Below the pieces are notes generated by a model. It saw only the letters and a list, made by a program, of their open reading frames with translations, had not been told where the DNA came from and did no database searches. A program made the translations under genes and the position numbers. A stretch of 64,000 nucleotides of DNA from Veleropilina oligotropha (lineage: Eukaryota), in NCBI GenBank assembly GCA_048128005.1, contig JBEUKZ010000137.1, positions 248,001 through 312,000 on the forward strand, in the 5' to 3' direction. Shown piece by piece: positions 1 through 13,766 of the stretch; the first letter of the stretch is position 1; each line of letters starts with the position of its first letter.

Positions 1-225
1 TGGTGGCATAAAAAACATCGCATATGCACTCTCAGAATGCAGGAGAGGGTTTCGCACCATTTAAAAATTGTCAAAATTTTCCATTGATAGTAGTTTCAAT
101 GTTGGTGCCTACACATGATTAAATGGCTGCATACGCCCCTGACTGCCAGAGTCTCAGGTGACATCCATATCATATCCAGGCATATTATATGAGCCAATGC
201 TTTGAAGAGTCCTCAAAATCCTTAC

Positions 226-368
226 CAAGACAGGCATTCCTTCATGGCCATCAAATACGGCTGCTTGGACATGAGCACGCAACATAGAGGCGCGTAGCAC
301 TGAGTGCGGTCCTCGTCCGCGCTGGTAGAGCCGAGGTTCAGCGACAGCGTGAAGGTATCGTCAGTGCC
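226..368 (-). CDS. DENND3: DENND3-like coding exon (start of core DENN); gene continues off the left edge
   Basis: tttcttttacag acceptor; GTDDTFTLSLN...QCYAPLCCVLMSKQPYLMAMKECLS matches the DENN 'P.C.CL.S..P.....K.CL' pattern; GTAAGG donor. Confidence 0.88.
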
Positions 369-628
369 CTGTAAAAGAAATGAATTCACTATTACTTTGC
401 ATGGTCGGATGCAGGATTTTGAAAATGTGTGGATGCTGAATTTGCGGAAAGATTTGACAATTAACGATGTGAACCTTCCTCTCCTTTATGAATCATTTTC
501 ACCAAACTGTATGAGAAATTTTTTCATTTTGTTCATAAAAGGGGATGTGGGTCATTCAAACCAAATGTTTATCTGATCGGATATTACCCTATAATCATGA
601 TCCTGATTGAGATATGACTGGATAACTG

Positions 629-1070
629 AACAAGAACGACGCGTTCGGAATATGTCTTGACCTTTCTTTATTTCCGTCAAATTTTCATAACAGTTATAAC
701 GTTACAATGGTTAAGTGCAAGTACTTCATGGCTTAATTTACTACCCCGTCGATTGTGACGTCACCAAATGACGATTAATCTAAAGCGACGTCGTAATGAC
801 GTCATTGCTATTTGCTTGCAATATTAGTCATATGTTATATACAAACATGCATAAAAGTGCCTAATAAATGCATATTTTTGCAATATTGTGTCGTGAAAGT
901 TATATACACGACCTACAAATACTCGTGGGAATATGTGTACCAATTTTGGTGAAAATTGAACCGGTAGTTTTCGAGAAAATCAGCGGATATATATATAAGT
1001 ATATATGTATATACACACAAACCATTTGATAATGTCTTGTCATTTTTTACAAAAAGGTCAAGACATAAAA
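629..1070 (+). mobile_element. Short Helentron/pearl-like non-autonomous element (second copy at 10080-10516)
   Basis: Starts AACAAG; sub-terminal ATGTCTTGACC is repeated in the 3' hairpin ATGTCTTGTC...GGTCAAGACAT followed by AAAA; closely similar copy nested at 10080-10516. Confidence 0.7.
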
Positions 1071-1159
1071 AGCAGACCATTTTGCACATGTATATTATAC
1101 CAGCATTATATTGAAGTCAATACCCAAGGTTCTGAACATACTTTATTAGACTATAAATG

Positions 1160-2272
1160 TGTCCATCGGACACGAATGCCCCCACTGGCAGCCTTGACCA
1201 TAGGGGCAGCAAAGATCGTTTTCTGGAGTTATTTACAGACAATTAATGGAATGGGTGAGTCGCAGAAGGGAAGTACGAATGATGATAAGCAAGTGTATGA
1301 AGTATCATTTCAATCCATGAAGGCAGATGGAAGTTATAGCAGAATGGAGTTACTTGCATGCAAATACTGGTCCGAAAAGCGAAATCATTTGACCTTGACC
1401 TTTGGCATAGGGGTGACATGGGTGGGTCGCAGAAGCGAAGTATGAATAATGATAAGCAAGTGTATGAAGTATCATTTCAATCCATGAAGGCAGATGGAAG
1501 TCATAGCAGAATGGAGTTTTACTCGCACGCATTACTGGTCCGAAGAGCTAAGTCATTTGACCTTGACCTTGGGCATAGGGGCGACATGGGTGGGTCACAG
1601 AAGGGAAGTATGATTGATGATAAACAAGTGTATGAAGTATCAAGTCAATCCATGAAGGCAGATGGAAGTTATAGCAGAATGGAGTTACTCGCATGCAAAT
1701 ACTGGGCCGAAGAGCTAAGTAATTTGACCTTGACCTTTGGCATAGGGGTGACATGGGTGAGTCGCAGAAACGAAGTACGAATAATGATATGTAAGTGTAT
1801 GAAGTATTATAAAGTCAATCCATGAAGGCAGATGGAAGTCATAGCAGAATGGAGTTCCTCGCACGCAAATACTGGTCCGAAGAGCTAAGTCATTTGACCT
1901 TGACCTTGGGCATAGGGACGACTGAATGGGTCACAGAAGTGAAGTATGAATGTTGATAAGGAAGTGTATGAAGTATCAAGTCAATCAATTAAGGCAGATG
2001 GAAGTTATAGCAGAATGGAGTTACTTGCACACAAATACTGGTCCGAAGAGCTAAGTAATTTGACCTTGAGCATAGGGGCAACTGGATGGGTCGCATAAGC
2101 GAAGTATGAATGATGATAAGCAAGTGTATGAAGTATCAAGTCAATCCATGAAGGCAGATGGAAGTTATAGCTGAATGGAGTTACTTGCACGCAATACTGG
2201 TTTTCGGTACGGGATGGACGGACGGACAAGGGTAAATCTAAATGCCCCAAATAAATTGGTGGGGTGCATACA
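1160..2272 (+). mobile_element. Helentron/pearl-like element with about 6 tandem ~167-bp units
   Basis: AGGCAGATGGAAG recurs at 1321, 1488, 1656, 1826, 1992, 2152; ends in a (GGAC)n microsatellite and an ATGCCCC...GGGGTGCAT hairpin; sub-terminal AATGCCCC at both ends. Confidence 0.7.
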
Positions 2273-2734
2273 AAGTTGGTGAAAAACATATGAAAAATGT
2301 GACTGATAAAACAAGTGTGGGCTGACCCAACCCTGGTTCCACCCTTGATTGCCTCCATCTTTTATTGACAGATTTTGGTGAAATGTTTTGCATGATTTGG
2401 CCTTTGGACAATTCCTATAGATGTTCTCGGTGATCAGTATCTGATGCGATGATATCATATTCCACTTTTGATGTTTCAGCTACGATCCAATTGATTATAT
2501 TTCGGATTTGATTTCAGCGCAGCTATCGCGGAGGTGTCTAAATATATACTTAGGAAATTATCACTGGATTACTGAAGAGAAACAAGAAGCCAATAACATC
2601 TCTCATTACAATTATTATAAGCTTTATATAATAAAGATCTGTTTAAAATCGTGTACTTTATATAGTTTATATTTGCAATGATTTTAATAATGTCGGTTAT
2701 ATCACATGGTTTTTGTTGTCTAATAGAAGAAATG

Positions 2735-3000
2735 GATGGATTGATGCTTAATGTCTTGTATATTTCCAACCATCATTTGGTTCAAAGCAGGTCATGTCCA
2801 TATTATTGCAGTAGGAAGCCCAGTCGCCCGGGTAAACCCGCCCTCTCCGACCAGTCACGGACAACTGCAGATGATAACTGAACGAAGAATGTTAATTCCC
2901 CAGCCGATATTTGAACCCACTGCTAGTTACCGTTAATTACCGCAATCGAGCAAGTGACTTCACAGTCGGTACTCAATATCACACATTTACCGGGGCGGCC
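2735..3000 (-). mobile_element. tRNA-derived SINE (V-SINE-like core); related copies near 11735-11890, 22510-22750, 43690-43930, 51590-51750
   Basis: B-box-like GGTTCAAAT/GGTTCGAA head and GGCGGGTTTACCCGGGCGAC-GG-TTCCT core shared among copies. Confidence 0.65.
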
Positions 3001-3113
3001 AATCGGAGAAACCTGCAGTTAATGAGTTGGATGGTATGGGAGAGGAGAGACAGAGTTGATGGTTGATGACATAGGAGGCAGGAGAGAGAATATATTTCAA
3101 ATTGTTCACCAAC

Positions 3114-3137
3114 CTCAGTTTTGAAGACGATGACGAG
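3114..3137 (-). CDS. DENND3: Probable 24-nt in-frame micro-exon (LVIVFKTE) of the DENND3-like gene
   Basis: ttaacag|CTCGTCATCGTCTTCAAAACTGAG|gttggt; phase 0-0 between two phase-0 junctions. No homology support. Confidence 0.45.
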
Positions 3138-3657
3138 CTGTTAACGCACATACAATGACGAGCTGTTTACGCACATACAATGAAGAGCTGTTATCGCACA
3201 TACAATGACGACCTGTTTACACACATACAATGACGAGCTGTTGATGCACATACAATGACGAGCTGTTAACACACATATGATGACGAGCTGTTCACGCACA
3301 TACAATGACGAGCTGGTAACGCACATACAATGACGAGCTGTTAACACACATACAATGACGAGCTGTTTACGCACATACAATGACGAGCTGTTAATGCACA
3401 TACAATGACGAGCTGTTAACACACATACAATGACCAGCTGTTTACACACATACATTGACGAGCTGTATACGCACATACAATGACGAGCTGTTAACACACA
3501 TACAATGACGAGCTGTTCGCGCACATACAATGACGAGCTGTTCACGCACATACAATGACGAGCTGTCAACGCACATACAATGACGAGCTGGTAATGCACA
3601 TACAATGACGAGCTGTTTACGCACATACAACAATGAGCTGTTTATGCACATACAATG
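3131..3657. repeat. Tandem array, about 21 x 25 bp (TGACGAGCTGTTAACGCACATACAA)
   Basis: Directly visible; fills almost all the space between exon 3701-3825 and the micro-exon. Confidence 0.95.
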
Positions 3658-3700
3658 GTTCATTAACCCAACAAGGGTTGATTAAGTAAATAAAACTAAC

Positions 3701-3825
3701 TTTCTCTACGTTGTATGGAAGACAGAATGTAAGGCAGGCGGCATACGACCGATTTCCGTTCAAATCCGTCAGCACCAGAAAGTGGACCAACTCTTCCTGG
3801 CTTTCTCTGAACACTCGTGTGTTAT
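3701..3825 (-). CDS. DENND3: DENND3-like coding exon 3
   Basis: DNTRVFRESQEELVHFLVLTDLNGNRSYAACLTFCLPYNVEK; 'VHFLVLTD..GNR.Y' matches my recollection of DENND3; tttcag acceptor, GTTAGT donor, phase 0. Confidence 0.88.
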
Positions 3826-4519
3826 CTGAAATATTGATAATTGTAGTTCAATATTTGTCAGACATTGCAACAAATCTAAATTGGTTTAATCAATCGATAT
3901 GGCATGTATTTGATTTATCTTATCTAATAATAATTTGTTTTTCATCAGAAGGGTTTTTGGTATCTGTAAAATGCCCATTGAACAGCTTTGATAGAAATCC
4001 AGACATAAGTGTTTTATTTTAATCAGAAAGCCTGGATATTAATGCTACCAACGCCTCCAAAAGTATGAAATAAACCACAAGAATCTTTAATTGTTCTCAA
4101 CATTGGGCACTCTAGTCACGGTTCACATTACAGTCAAATCGTGTGAAAAGCACCAATTTTAATTAATAATACAGCACACACGCAATATCATACACACAAC
4201 TTAAATATAAAGCAAAAATACCATATAAGGGCATACGCACAATGAAATATAAACTAGAACTGATATCCACAGGATAACTAATACCCCCTCTCCGCGTCTG
4301 ATATGTATTATACAAACTATCAGTATAGAAATCCAGTGAATAGTTGAATACAAAAAATAGATGGACAGACAGACAAACAGACAGATGGACACACAGGATA
4401 ATTCCATGGGGCTAGGAGAAATAGACCTGCTGCAAAATGAGAATCCATGAACAGTCTCTTAAAAGCAGCCTTTTGTAGATTTTGGCTGAAAGTCATAATG
4501 CAAAGATCAAAGCTCATAA

Positions 4520-6785
4520 CTGAAAGGTCAAAGGTCATTCTTGGAAAAATCGCTTCCGGTGCACAACTACATGATGTACTGATCAAATATGCCCAGTGTC
4601 GAGGAAATATTCCCAGCAGATTGGGAGGAGTAGTCCGGACAAGGTAATAAAAGACAATGTTTAGAAGTCCAGAGGTCACTATGTCAAGGTCAACAGTCAT
4701 ACCGGGAAAATTTGGCACCGTTGCACAACTACATGATGTAGCGATCATGTATGCCAAGTGTTGACAAAATATTTCCAGCAGGTTGGGAGGAGTAGTCTGG
4801 ACAAGTTAAAAATAGACAATGTTTAGAAGTCCAGAGGTCACTATGCCAAGATCAATGGTCATACGAGGAAAATTTGTCGCTGTTGCACAACTACATGATG
4901 TAGTGATCATGTATGCTAAGTGTCGATGAAATATTCCCAGCAGGTTGAGAGGAGTAGTCTGGACAAGTTAAAAATATACAATGTTTAGAAGTCCAGAGGT
5001 CACTATGTCAAGGTCAATGGTCATACCGGGAAAATTTGTCGCCGTTGCACAACTACATGATTTATTGATCACGTATGCCAAGTGTCGATGAAATATTCCC
5101 AGCAGGTTGGGAGGAGTAGTCTGGACAAGTTAAAAACAGACAATGTTTAGAAGTCCAGAGGTGACAATGTCAAGGACATACCAGGAAAATTTGTCGCCGT
5201 TGCACAACTACATGATTTATTGATCATGTATGCCAAGTGTCGATGAAATATTCCCAGCAGGTTGGGAGGAGTAGTTCAGACAAATTAATTACAGGCAATG
5301 TTTTAGAAGTCCAGAGGTCATTATGTCAAGGTCAAAGATCATACCGGGAAAATTTGTCACCGTTGCACAACTACATGATGTAGTGATCATGTATGCCTAG
5401 TGTCGATGAAATATTCCCAGCAGGTTGGGAGGAGTAGTCCGAACAAGTTAATAACAGACAATGTTTAGAAGTCCAGAGGTCACTATGAAAAGGTCAAAGG
5501 TCATACACGGAAAATTTGTCACCGTTGAACGACTACATGATGTAGTGATCATGTATGCCAAGTGTCGATGAAATATTCCAAGCAGGTTGGGAGTAGTTTG
5601 GACAAATTAATTACAGGCAATGTTTAGAAGACCAGAGGTCACTATGAAAAGGTCAAAGGTCATACCTGGAAAATTTGTCACCGTTGCACAACTACATGAT
5701 GTAGTGATCATGTATGCCTAGTGTCGATGAAATATTCCCAGCAGGTTGGAATGAGTAGTCCGGACAAGTTAATAACAGACAATGTTTAGAAGTCCAGAGG
5801 TCACTATGAAAAGGTCAAAGGTCATACCGGGGAAATTTGTCTCAGGTAACAAGTTCATGATGTACTTATCATGTATGCCAAGTGTCGCTGAAATATTCCC
5901 AGCAGGTTGGGAGGAGTAGTCCAGACAAGTCAATTACAGGCAATGTTTAGAAGTCCAGAGGTCATTACCTATGTCAAGGTCAATGGTCATACCAGGAAAA
6001 TTTGTCACCGTTGCACAACTACATGATGTGGTGATCATGTATGCCAAGTGTCGATGAAATATTCCCAGCAGGTTGGGAGTAGTCCGGACAAATTAATTAC
6101 AGGCAATGTTTAGAAGTCCAGAGGTCACTATGAAAAGGTCAAAGGTCATACCGGGGAAATTTGTCTCGGGTAACAAGTACATGATGTACTGATCATGTAT
6201 GCAAAATGTCGCTGAAATATTCCCAGCAGGTTGGGAGCAGTCCAGACAAGTTAATTACAGGCAATGTTTAGAAGTCCAGAGGTCATTATGTCAAGGTCAA
6301 TGGTCATACCGGGAAAATTGTCACCGTTGCACAACTACATGATGTAGTGATCATGTATGCCAAGTGTCGATGAAATATTCCCAGCAGGTTGGGAGGAGTT
6401 GTCCGGACAAGTTAATAACAGACAATGTTTAGAAGTCCAGAAATCACTATGAAAAGGTCAAAGGTCATACCCGGAAAATTTGTCACAGTTGCACAACTAC
6501 ATGATGTAGTGATCATGTAAGCCAAGTGTCGATGAAATATTCCCAGCAGGTTGGGAGGAGTAGTCCGGACAAGTTAATAACAGACAATGTTTATAAGTCC
6601 AGAGGACGCTACGACAAGGTCAAAGGTTCAACCGGGAAAATTTGTCCCAGGTAACAACTACATGATGTACTGATCATGTATGCCAAGTGTCAATGAATTC
6701 TGCTCAGCAGGTTGGAAGGAATAGTGCGGACGGACTGACGGATGGACAGACTAGACGGATTGACAGACAGAGTGATTCCAATATG
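4520..6785 (+). repeat. Tandem array, about 14 x ~162 bp, inside a Helentron/pearl-like element
   Basis: AGAAGTCCAGAGGTCA recurs every ~160 bp; terminates in a GGAC/AGAC microsatellite at 6727-6770. Confidence 0.9.
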
Positions 6786-6816
6786 AGACAATCCAGTGTT
6801 TAAACCCATAATGCAC

Positions 6817-7174
6817 CTGGGAAGCAGAATGTTGGCAAGGAGCGAATTGTTTCATCGGACGACGGCAACTTTGGGGTTTTGATGACCATGTGGTGTTGTG
6901 TCATCCTTCTCGTTAGACGTCTGGCAGTCGTTGCTGGGTGCACCGACGTACTTCTCACGGTGCCGGTATTCGGTAACGTCTTGCTTCGAAATTTACCGAA
7001 TCCATCGCCGATGTCGGCCTTCGTAGGGGACGACACCACCTTCGGAGATGGCGGATAATCCGGGTCTGTCCGCGGTTGCGGGTGGAAGTAGAGCGCCGTC
7101 GTGGAGGACACGGCGGCCAAGACCTGCGGCTCGTATTCATGGTAGAAGATCTCGCTCAGCTCGCAGGAATCAGC
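6817..7174 (-). CDS. DENND3: DENND3-like coding exon 2
   Basis: ttgcag acceptor; ADSCELSEIFYHEYEPQVLAAV...IRSLPTFCFP (uDENN 'Y.P.VL' and 'LP.FCFP' motifs); 358 nt, phase-1 GTGCAT donor that fits the next exon (G+AT=Asp). Confidence 0.85.
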
Positions 7175-7857
7175 CTGCAACAACGACGACAAACATTACA
7201 GACACATTCAAGGTAATGCATAGGTCACAAATACACTGGTCGTCATGCGTTTGGGGATAATCGTACGACGTCCCGGCTTCCCGGAAATCACATACAAATC
7301 CTGAGCTTGCAGTGTGCCACCCCGAGTGAGGGCTAGGGGGAAGAACAAGGTTACTCCAGGCGGACCCGTTATTTAATTTAACTAATCATATTTACTAGTT
7401 AACTGTGGAACTACTTTCTGGCACCAATGATGATGATGATGATGATGTAGATGATAACAAATTGATGATCACGCCAAATGTATTTCAGTCATAAATCGGG
7501 TCAATCAACTTGAATAACGAAATAAATTGGTGCTGTATGTGTGCAAGGGAGGTAGCGACCATAAGAAAACTCTCTGTCGCTCCTGAGGATTGCATCCAGG
7601 CCTAATCAGAGAACCTGTGCAAGTAAACAACTCTGTGCTAGACGCTTCATGGTTTAACTGTAGAATTCTGATTGCACAACCACACATCGTGGTACAACCT
7701 ATACATATAGGGCCATAATAATTGTTATCATACTACTAGTATAGGTGTTATAGGGAGAGGGCACGTGATAAATTGTAATAATTTTTAGCCCAATCCCGTT
7801 GCCGTTTTTAAAGACAAATAAATTTTGAAACAAATAATAGGAAACTGTTGCACTCAC

Positions 7858-7950
7858 ATCAACGCTTAGCGGTACGAGGCCTATGTTTTCGTCAATTCCA
7901 ACGACTACAAGGAGGTCGACGAAACTGTTGGGTAGCACAGAATTACTCAT
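7858..7950 (-). CDS. DENND3: DENN domain-containing protein 3-like, first coding exon (uDENN N-terminus)
   Basis: MSNSVLPNSFVDLLVVVGIDENIGLVPLSVD (31 codons) has the DENN-family 'D..VVVG' start; CAG acceptor at 7966-7968; GTGAGT donor after 7858, phase 0. Confidence 0.8.
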
Positions 7951-8834
7951 CTCTTAAATATCATCCTGAAAAAGACAAAGTGTAAATATAAGACAATGTT
8001 ATTATAATGTCATCTTATTTTATCTCTGTCACCAACTTCAGAGGATATGTTTTCACTCGTGCCCATCTGTTACTCAAGTTATAGACGCTAAAATTTTGTG
8101 GACAGATGGGTTTTGGTCAGAGGACCAATCCTTGAGACTTAAATGTGATGATGTCACATCTGTATTTAGCCATTCCTGAGGTTTGCTATCTCTGGTAGCC
8201 CTAGTAAGGATTGTACATTCCGCATGGATTCTGCTGAATTCAGGTTCAATCCTCATATCTTAAATTATTTGGTTCATGTTTTACGAACATTCCAACAATC
8301 TTCCAGTTACATCACTGTAGGGACCCCCGGTTTAATGTCTCTATTTGCTCAGATTGTAACAGGTACATGTATTGCATGGGGAAGCCAATAGAAAATACCA
8401 GTTCAAGCTAATTAATTGAACTTCACAGTCTTTATAACAGACTTATATTTGCAATCCAGTTTGCAGACAAAACATGAAGTACCTTACTAGTTGTGTGTAG
8501 AGTAGCAATGTTAACCTCTAACGTTGTTGGAGTTACGTACCATATCTGAACTCCCTATGAGAGAATAATAGTGACCATTACACCGGGCTTGAATGCGACC
8601 TCTGCAAAACCACACTGACCGGGCTGCTTTCTTGGTTTATATATTGAACGAAGATCGTTCTATGAAATGCATGTGAAAAACATCCTGTTTAGCACTGCGC
8701 ACGGAGTTGGACGGTTCCGACATGTTTTATTTATCGCGAGCCTCTCGAATGATCAAGATTTGTGAAGCAAAGCAAGCACCGAATAATTATCGATTTAAAA
8801 CTTCAACATAATAAAGTGAAGTTCCACAGTCTAT

Positions 8835-9270
8835 TAATGCATGGCTATTGGGAAAAAGGTTGATAAGTGGGCATCAATCCTAGAGAAGGGAACCATGTAT
8901 CGTTGTTGACCTCTGGTAGACCGCCCCGTCGGAGTGAAGCTGGCCGGGACATCAAAATGGTGCAGCACGGCATTGTACTGCTTCAAGCTTGATCTTGTTA
9001 GCTTGTGTGGGTCCCATACTGCCTCTGCATACTCAATAGTCAGCCTCACAAATGTAGCGTATGCCCGTTTATTGACCACTGGTGGACAGCTGTCTATTTT
9101 CGTCGTAAGAATACCAATGCTGGAGTTGGCTTTCTTCATATTGGTGTGGATGTGGTTACTCAAACTTAGGGTATTCTTGATATTGGCACTTATGTAGGCA
9201 TCCGTAACCACCTTCATGGGTTCACCTGGATTCAGTGCACTGGTGACGATCAGGTTACATGCAGAAATTG
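8835..9270 (-). mobile_element. Decayed 3' fragment of an RTE-X-like LINE
   Basis: KKANSSIG...AYATFVRLTIEYAEAVWDPH...TFFP resembles the post-RT region of RTE-X elements. Confidence 0.65.
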
Positions 9271-9277
9271 ACATCCC

Positions 9278-9370
9278 GAGTTGAAATAACACCACATATT
9301 CCACCTCCTGAGTTGAAATAACACCACATATTCCACCTCCTGAGTTGAAATAACACCACATATTCCACCA
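9278..9370. repeat. 3 x 32-bp tandem repeat
   Basis: GAGTTGAAATAACACCACATATTCCACCTCCT repeated. Confidence 0.85.
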
Positions 9371-9835
9371 ACAAAATATGATCATGATTGATAACATGTG
9401 GTCGTAAAATCGACCGACTAAAATCCAACAGAGATATACAAACTTTAACTTAATTTTATTCTACACTCCCGTTATGGCTTACAAAGAAAGGATTATCGAC
9501 ACTGTATCATGAAAATAGCATTGTTCGTAAATGATGTCATGTGTTCACACGCAAAATGCCTGTGAACAATACATGGCAGATTTTTATGCATTTGAGCCCG
9601 TATATGAACATTATTTGTCCGCTTTTGGCCTGAGTATTGTCTATTTATAGCATTCTGCTGGAATTATGAACAGTGCTATTAACCCATCATAATAATGTTA
9701 TAAGCTTTATTTCATAAATCAGCTTTCGACTCTTGCACAATCTATTTACAGCATTTCACCAACGCCAAGGTCACTTTTTTCACCACTAAAAGTAAGACCG
9801 TCAAATGTTTATACTAACAGTCCCATAATTAAAGT

Positions 9836-12800
9836 ACAGGTGTCATATGATATTTTGACCCCATGGTAGAACGACCCGCGGGTCACTTTCCATTAAGGTA
9901 ATATGACCCGTGGGTCATTTCATCGCTATAATGGTAAAATGACCCCCCTATGGTCAAGTGACCGATGTCAAAATTCTACCATGGTAAAATGACCAGCCTA
10001 CTTATGTTTTAGGATATTGACACAGTTGAGTAACACACCTTACAAAGTAATTTCAATGAATTGTACCGTATTCATATATAACAAGAACGACGCGTTCGGA
10101 ATATGTCTTGACCTTTCTTTATTTCCGTCAAATTTTCATAACAGTTATAACGTTACAATGGCTATATAAGTGCAAGCTTTCATGGCTTAATTTACTACCC
10201 CGTCGATTGTGACGTCACCAAATGACGATTAATCTAAAGCGACGTCGTAATGACGTCATTGCTCTTTGCTTGCAATACTAGACATACGCTATATACAAAT
10301 ATGCGTAAAAGTGCCTAATAAATGCATATTTTTGCAAAATTATGTCGCGAAAGTTATATACACGACCTACAAATAATCTTGGGTGTACTAATTTTCAGGT
10401 TAATTGGTTCAGTAGTTTTCGAGAAAATCAGCGGATATATATATATATAAGTATATACACACGGACCATTTGATAATGTCTTGTCCTTTTTTGTCAAAAA
10501 GGTCAAGACATAAAAATTATACATAACTTCACATCTAATTTGCAAATATGATTATTTCAACCTCATGTTTAATTGAAGATCAGGTTTGCGCTATAACTGT
10601 ACTATAGGTAACAGTAATGTTTAATAGAATACTTGAATTTTGAAAGTACTGTATGCTACAAATTTATAAAAATTTAAGTAAAATTATAATAACATTTATT
10701 ATTTTAAGAATATTTAATTTAGTATTAATTGAAACATAAAAATGAATTATTTCTTGTATATATATATGATCCCATAAAGTAAATATTAACAATAACAAAG
10801 ATGAATGGAACTGCAGGTGAACAAGGAGATTAAGGATCAAATAGTTTTGAAGATAGTGAATGACTTCCATTGTGCGATCACATAAGGCGTGTATATTAAG
10901 AATGTGGACACAATTACCACTAAATACACAAATGTCAAATTAATTGCATGTGAATATGCAAATCAGGGTATACTTACATTGACCTATTAAAGCAACAAGG
11001 TTGAAGTTAGTCAATGACTTCAACTTTACAGAGTATATATATATATACAATGAATTATGCCATAATCATATAAATCGAAGATATATAATTCCACATCTAA
11101 TTCGCAAACACAATTGTTTCAACGTCATGTTTCATTGAAGACGAAGTTAGCACTAAAACTGTACTATAGATAATATAAATTTTAAATGGAATACTTGAAT
11201 TTTGAAAGTATGCCACAACTTTATAAAACAAGTGATTGCCTGGCGATTGTCCCCCGCACGTAATATTTTTTCCCGCTGTATATTCAGTAACTCAATGAGA
11301 ATTCATTAATTAAGCAAGATTACCTGTCACCAGAGGCTGAAGAAATAGATATGCATCCAGAGACCAAGTGTAAATACTTCAAGTAAATTAAATAATTCTC
11401 ATTATTTGAACTTTACCCATCCCATTATCACATTGTGGTTAGTTGGTCTGTGAAGTTTCAGAAAGCTATAGCATTTCTCTAAATGGAAAATGTAGTTGTG
11501 AGAAAATTGATAAATTTCATACATCCAGAGACTATGTTTTAAATCAGCAAAATTCAGCAATAAATCAAGGTTTCAAAAATCCCCATTATTTCAACTTGAT
11601 CTACCCCATGATGGGGTTAGTTGATCTGTAAAGTTTCAGAAAGCTAGCATCACTGTAAATGAAATAAGTGCATGTGAGAAAATAGACCACATCCATGCTT
11701 GCAGAGACTATGTACAAAATCTCAAAAAAAGCCCGCCCTCTTGGACCAGTTATGGACAACTGTGATTCATAATTTGAACAAATAATGTCATGCCACAGCT
11801 GGGGTTTGAACCCACAGTGGCAATACTGTTAGCATTAGTGGAATCAAGCCAGTGATTTTCTGAGTCCATACCGATACCACACAGCGACCCCCATATTCGA
11901 ACTTGATCTACTACATGACAGCTTTGTACAGCCAGTATTTTGCAGTTAAACCACAATCCATTTAGAGTGCTAACAACAAGCATCAATATCTTGCTCACGT
12001 TTTTATAGTTAGAATACCTATCCAGCGTTTCATTGCTCAAAGAACATTTCGGCATATATAAGCTTTAGTAATGGTTATATGGATATGACCTGATACTCTA
12101 GAAATGGTTTACATTATAATTTTATATAAATAATGCATGAAATTGGTGTTATGGGACATAGAAATTTAGTGAAATTTTTTTGGTTCAAGTTTTTCAAAGA
12201 GTGCTTATACAATGTTCATTGCACTTGTTTCCATACTTATGCTTTGTTGCTGGCTATATTGATGTTAGCTGCTAGCCTGGCAGTGATATTGAACAAAATT
12301 TAATATAAATAATTTGTGAAATTGATGTTTTTATATAAAAAATTTAGTTACATTTTTTAGGTTAAAGTTTTTCGATTATTGCATATAGGTTTAATAAAGC
12401 ACTTTTTTAATGCATATATACCTTGGTGTTGGCCATATTGACACTACCTGCTATTCTGGAAGTGATATTTAATATAATTTAAAATAAAATAAAATGTTTA
12501 TTGACAGAAATTTAGTAAACATTTTAGGTTTAAGTTATTCAATTACCTCATATTGATTGATCAAGACATGTTATTGGAAGCATATGCATTGGTGTATGCT
12601 TCGTAGTTGTTACCTGCTATTGTTACAGTTATATTGATTATAATTTAATTTAATTATTCTGTGAAATTTTATTTCAAGTTTCTCGTAAAAAAGATTCAGT
12701 GAGCGCATATGGGTTGACATTGTGATGCTACATGCTGCTCTGGCAGTGATGTTGCATTCATTTTAACACAAAACTGTGTTAAATTTGTGTATCTGGACAT

Positions 12801-13408
12801 AGACATTTTGAATAATTTAACACAAATAATGTGTTACATTTGCAAGTTCGGACAATGTTATTCAATTAGTGCATGTGTGCTGCTCAAGATATATTTTATA
12901 CATGTATATGCTGGTTGATAGATCTAGGGATTAATGACCAATTTCGATCAAAAATCTCCATACCATCAAAACATTGTACTAAATCTATTTCTTGCATATA
13001 TTGACAAAATGCTTTACCGTGGGGGATACCGCTATATCGCAATGTAAATTGTTGAACAAATTATCAAGATATTTGTACATATTTGGAAATTGCAGGGTTT
13101 AAATGCAACACTTAATTAGCAAGATACCTGATCTAGTGGATGGCCCAATACGTATACTATGGAGCAGAGTGCCCATAATTATTAATAATAATAATATTAA
13201 CCCCAAAATGACAGGGTCATAATATCACAGTGGCAAAATAACCTGTGTCAGATTACCATAGCGATAAAATGACCCGGGTCATTTTATAATGGAGGTTGAT
13301 GTTCATTACCTTGGGGGGTCATTATACCATAACCGGGTCATTTTATCACTATGGCAGTGACCCACGGGTCACTTGCCCATAGGGGTCATTATACCATCTG
13401 ACACCAGT
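9836..13408. mobile_element. Non-autonomous TIR DNA element with nested insertions
   Basis: Left TACAGGTGTCATATGATATTTTGACCCC and right GGGGTCATTATACCATCTGACACCAGTA are imperfect inverted termini with many TGACCC/GGGTCA sub-terminal motifs; TA flanks. Confidence 0.6.
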
Positions 13409-13766
13409 ACTTAATTAATTTGTTTCAAAATGTATTTGTTGTTTTTATACAGAACGACAATGGGATTGAGCAAATATTATTACAATATATCGAGTGACCT
13501 CTCCATACATATAATTTTGAAATTATAAATTACAATACATTTGTTAATATGATATTAAATTGCTAATGGAGCCTATTACAAAAGATCAGTAACGGTAGTA
13601 AAATCAAATACTGTATGTATACTTTATGTTATTCGGTATTTTAGTAACGCCAACAAACCAACCGAAACACGAAACTTATTGTAAAAGTAAAAGTAGAAAA
13701 GAACAAGAATTGAATAATTTACCTTTTTAAGTAAGACCATCAAATGTTTACTAACATTTTACTTAC

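Noticed and set aside
1005..2458. Several 60-155 aa ORFs
   Set aside because: Products of the ~167-bp tandem units; no domain similarity.
3141..3663. Cys-rich ORFs (161 aa, 73 aa)
   Set aside because: Translations of the 25-bp tandem repeat. Chaining all 9-nt units as exons would need 16-nt introns, too short to splice.
7505..7614. Extra DENND3 coding exon after the acceptor-like TTGCACAG
   Set aside because: In the required phase 0 it reads GTT CTC TGA (stop); flanking exons already join in frame.
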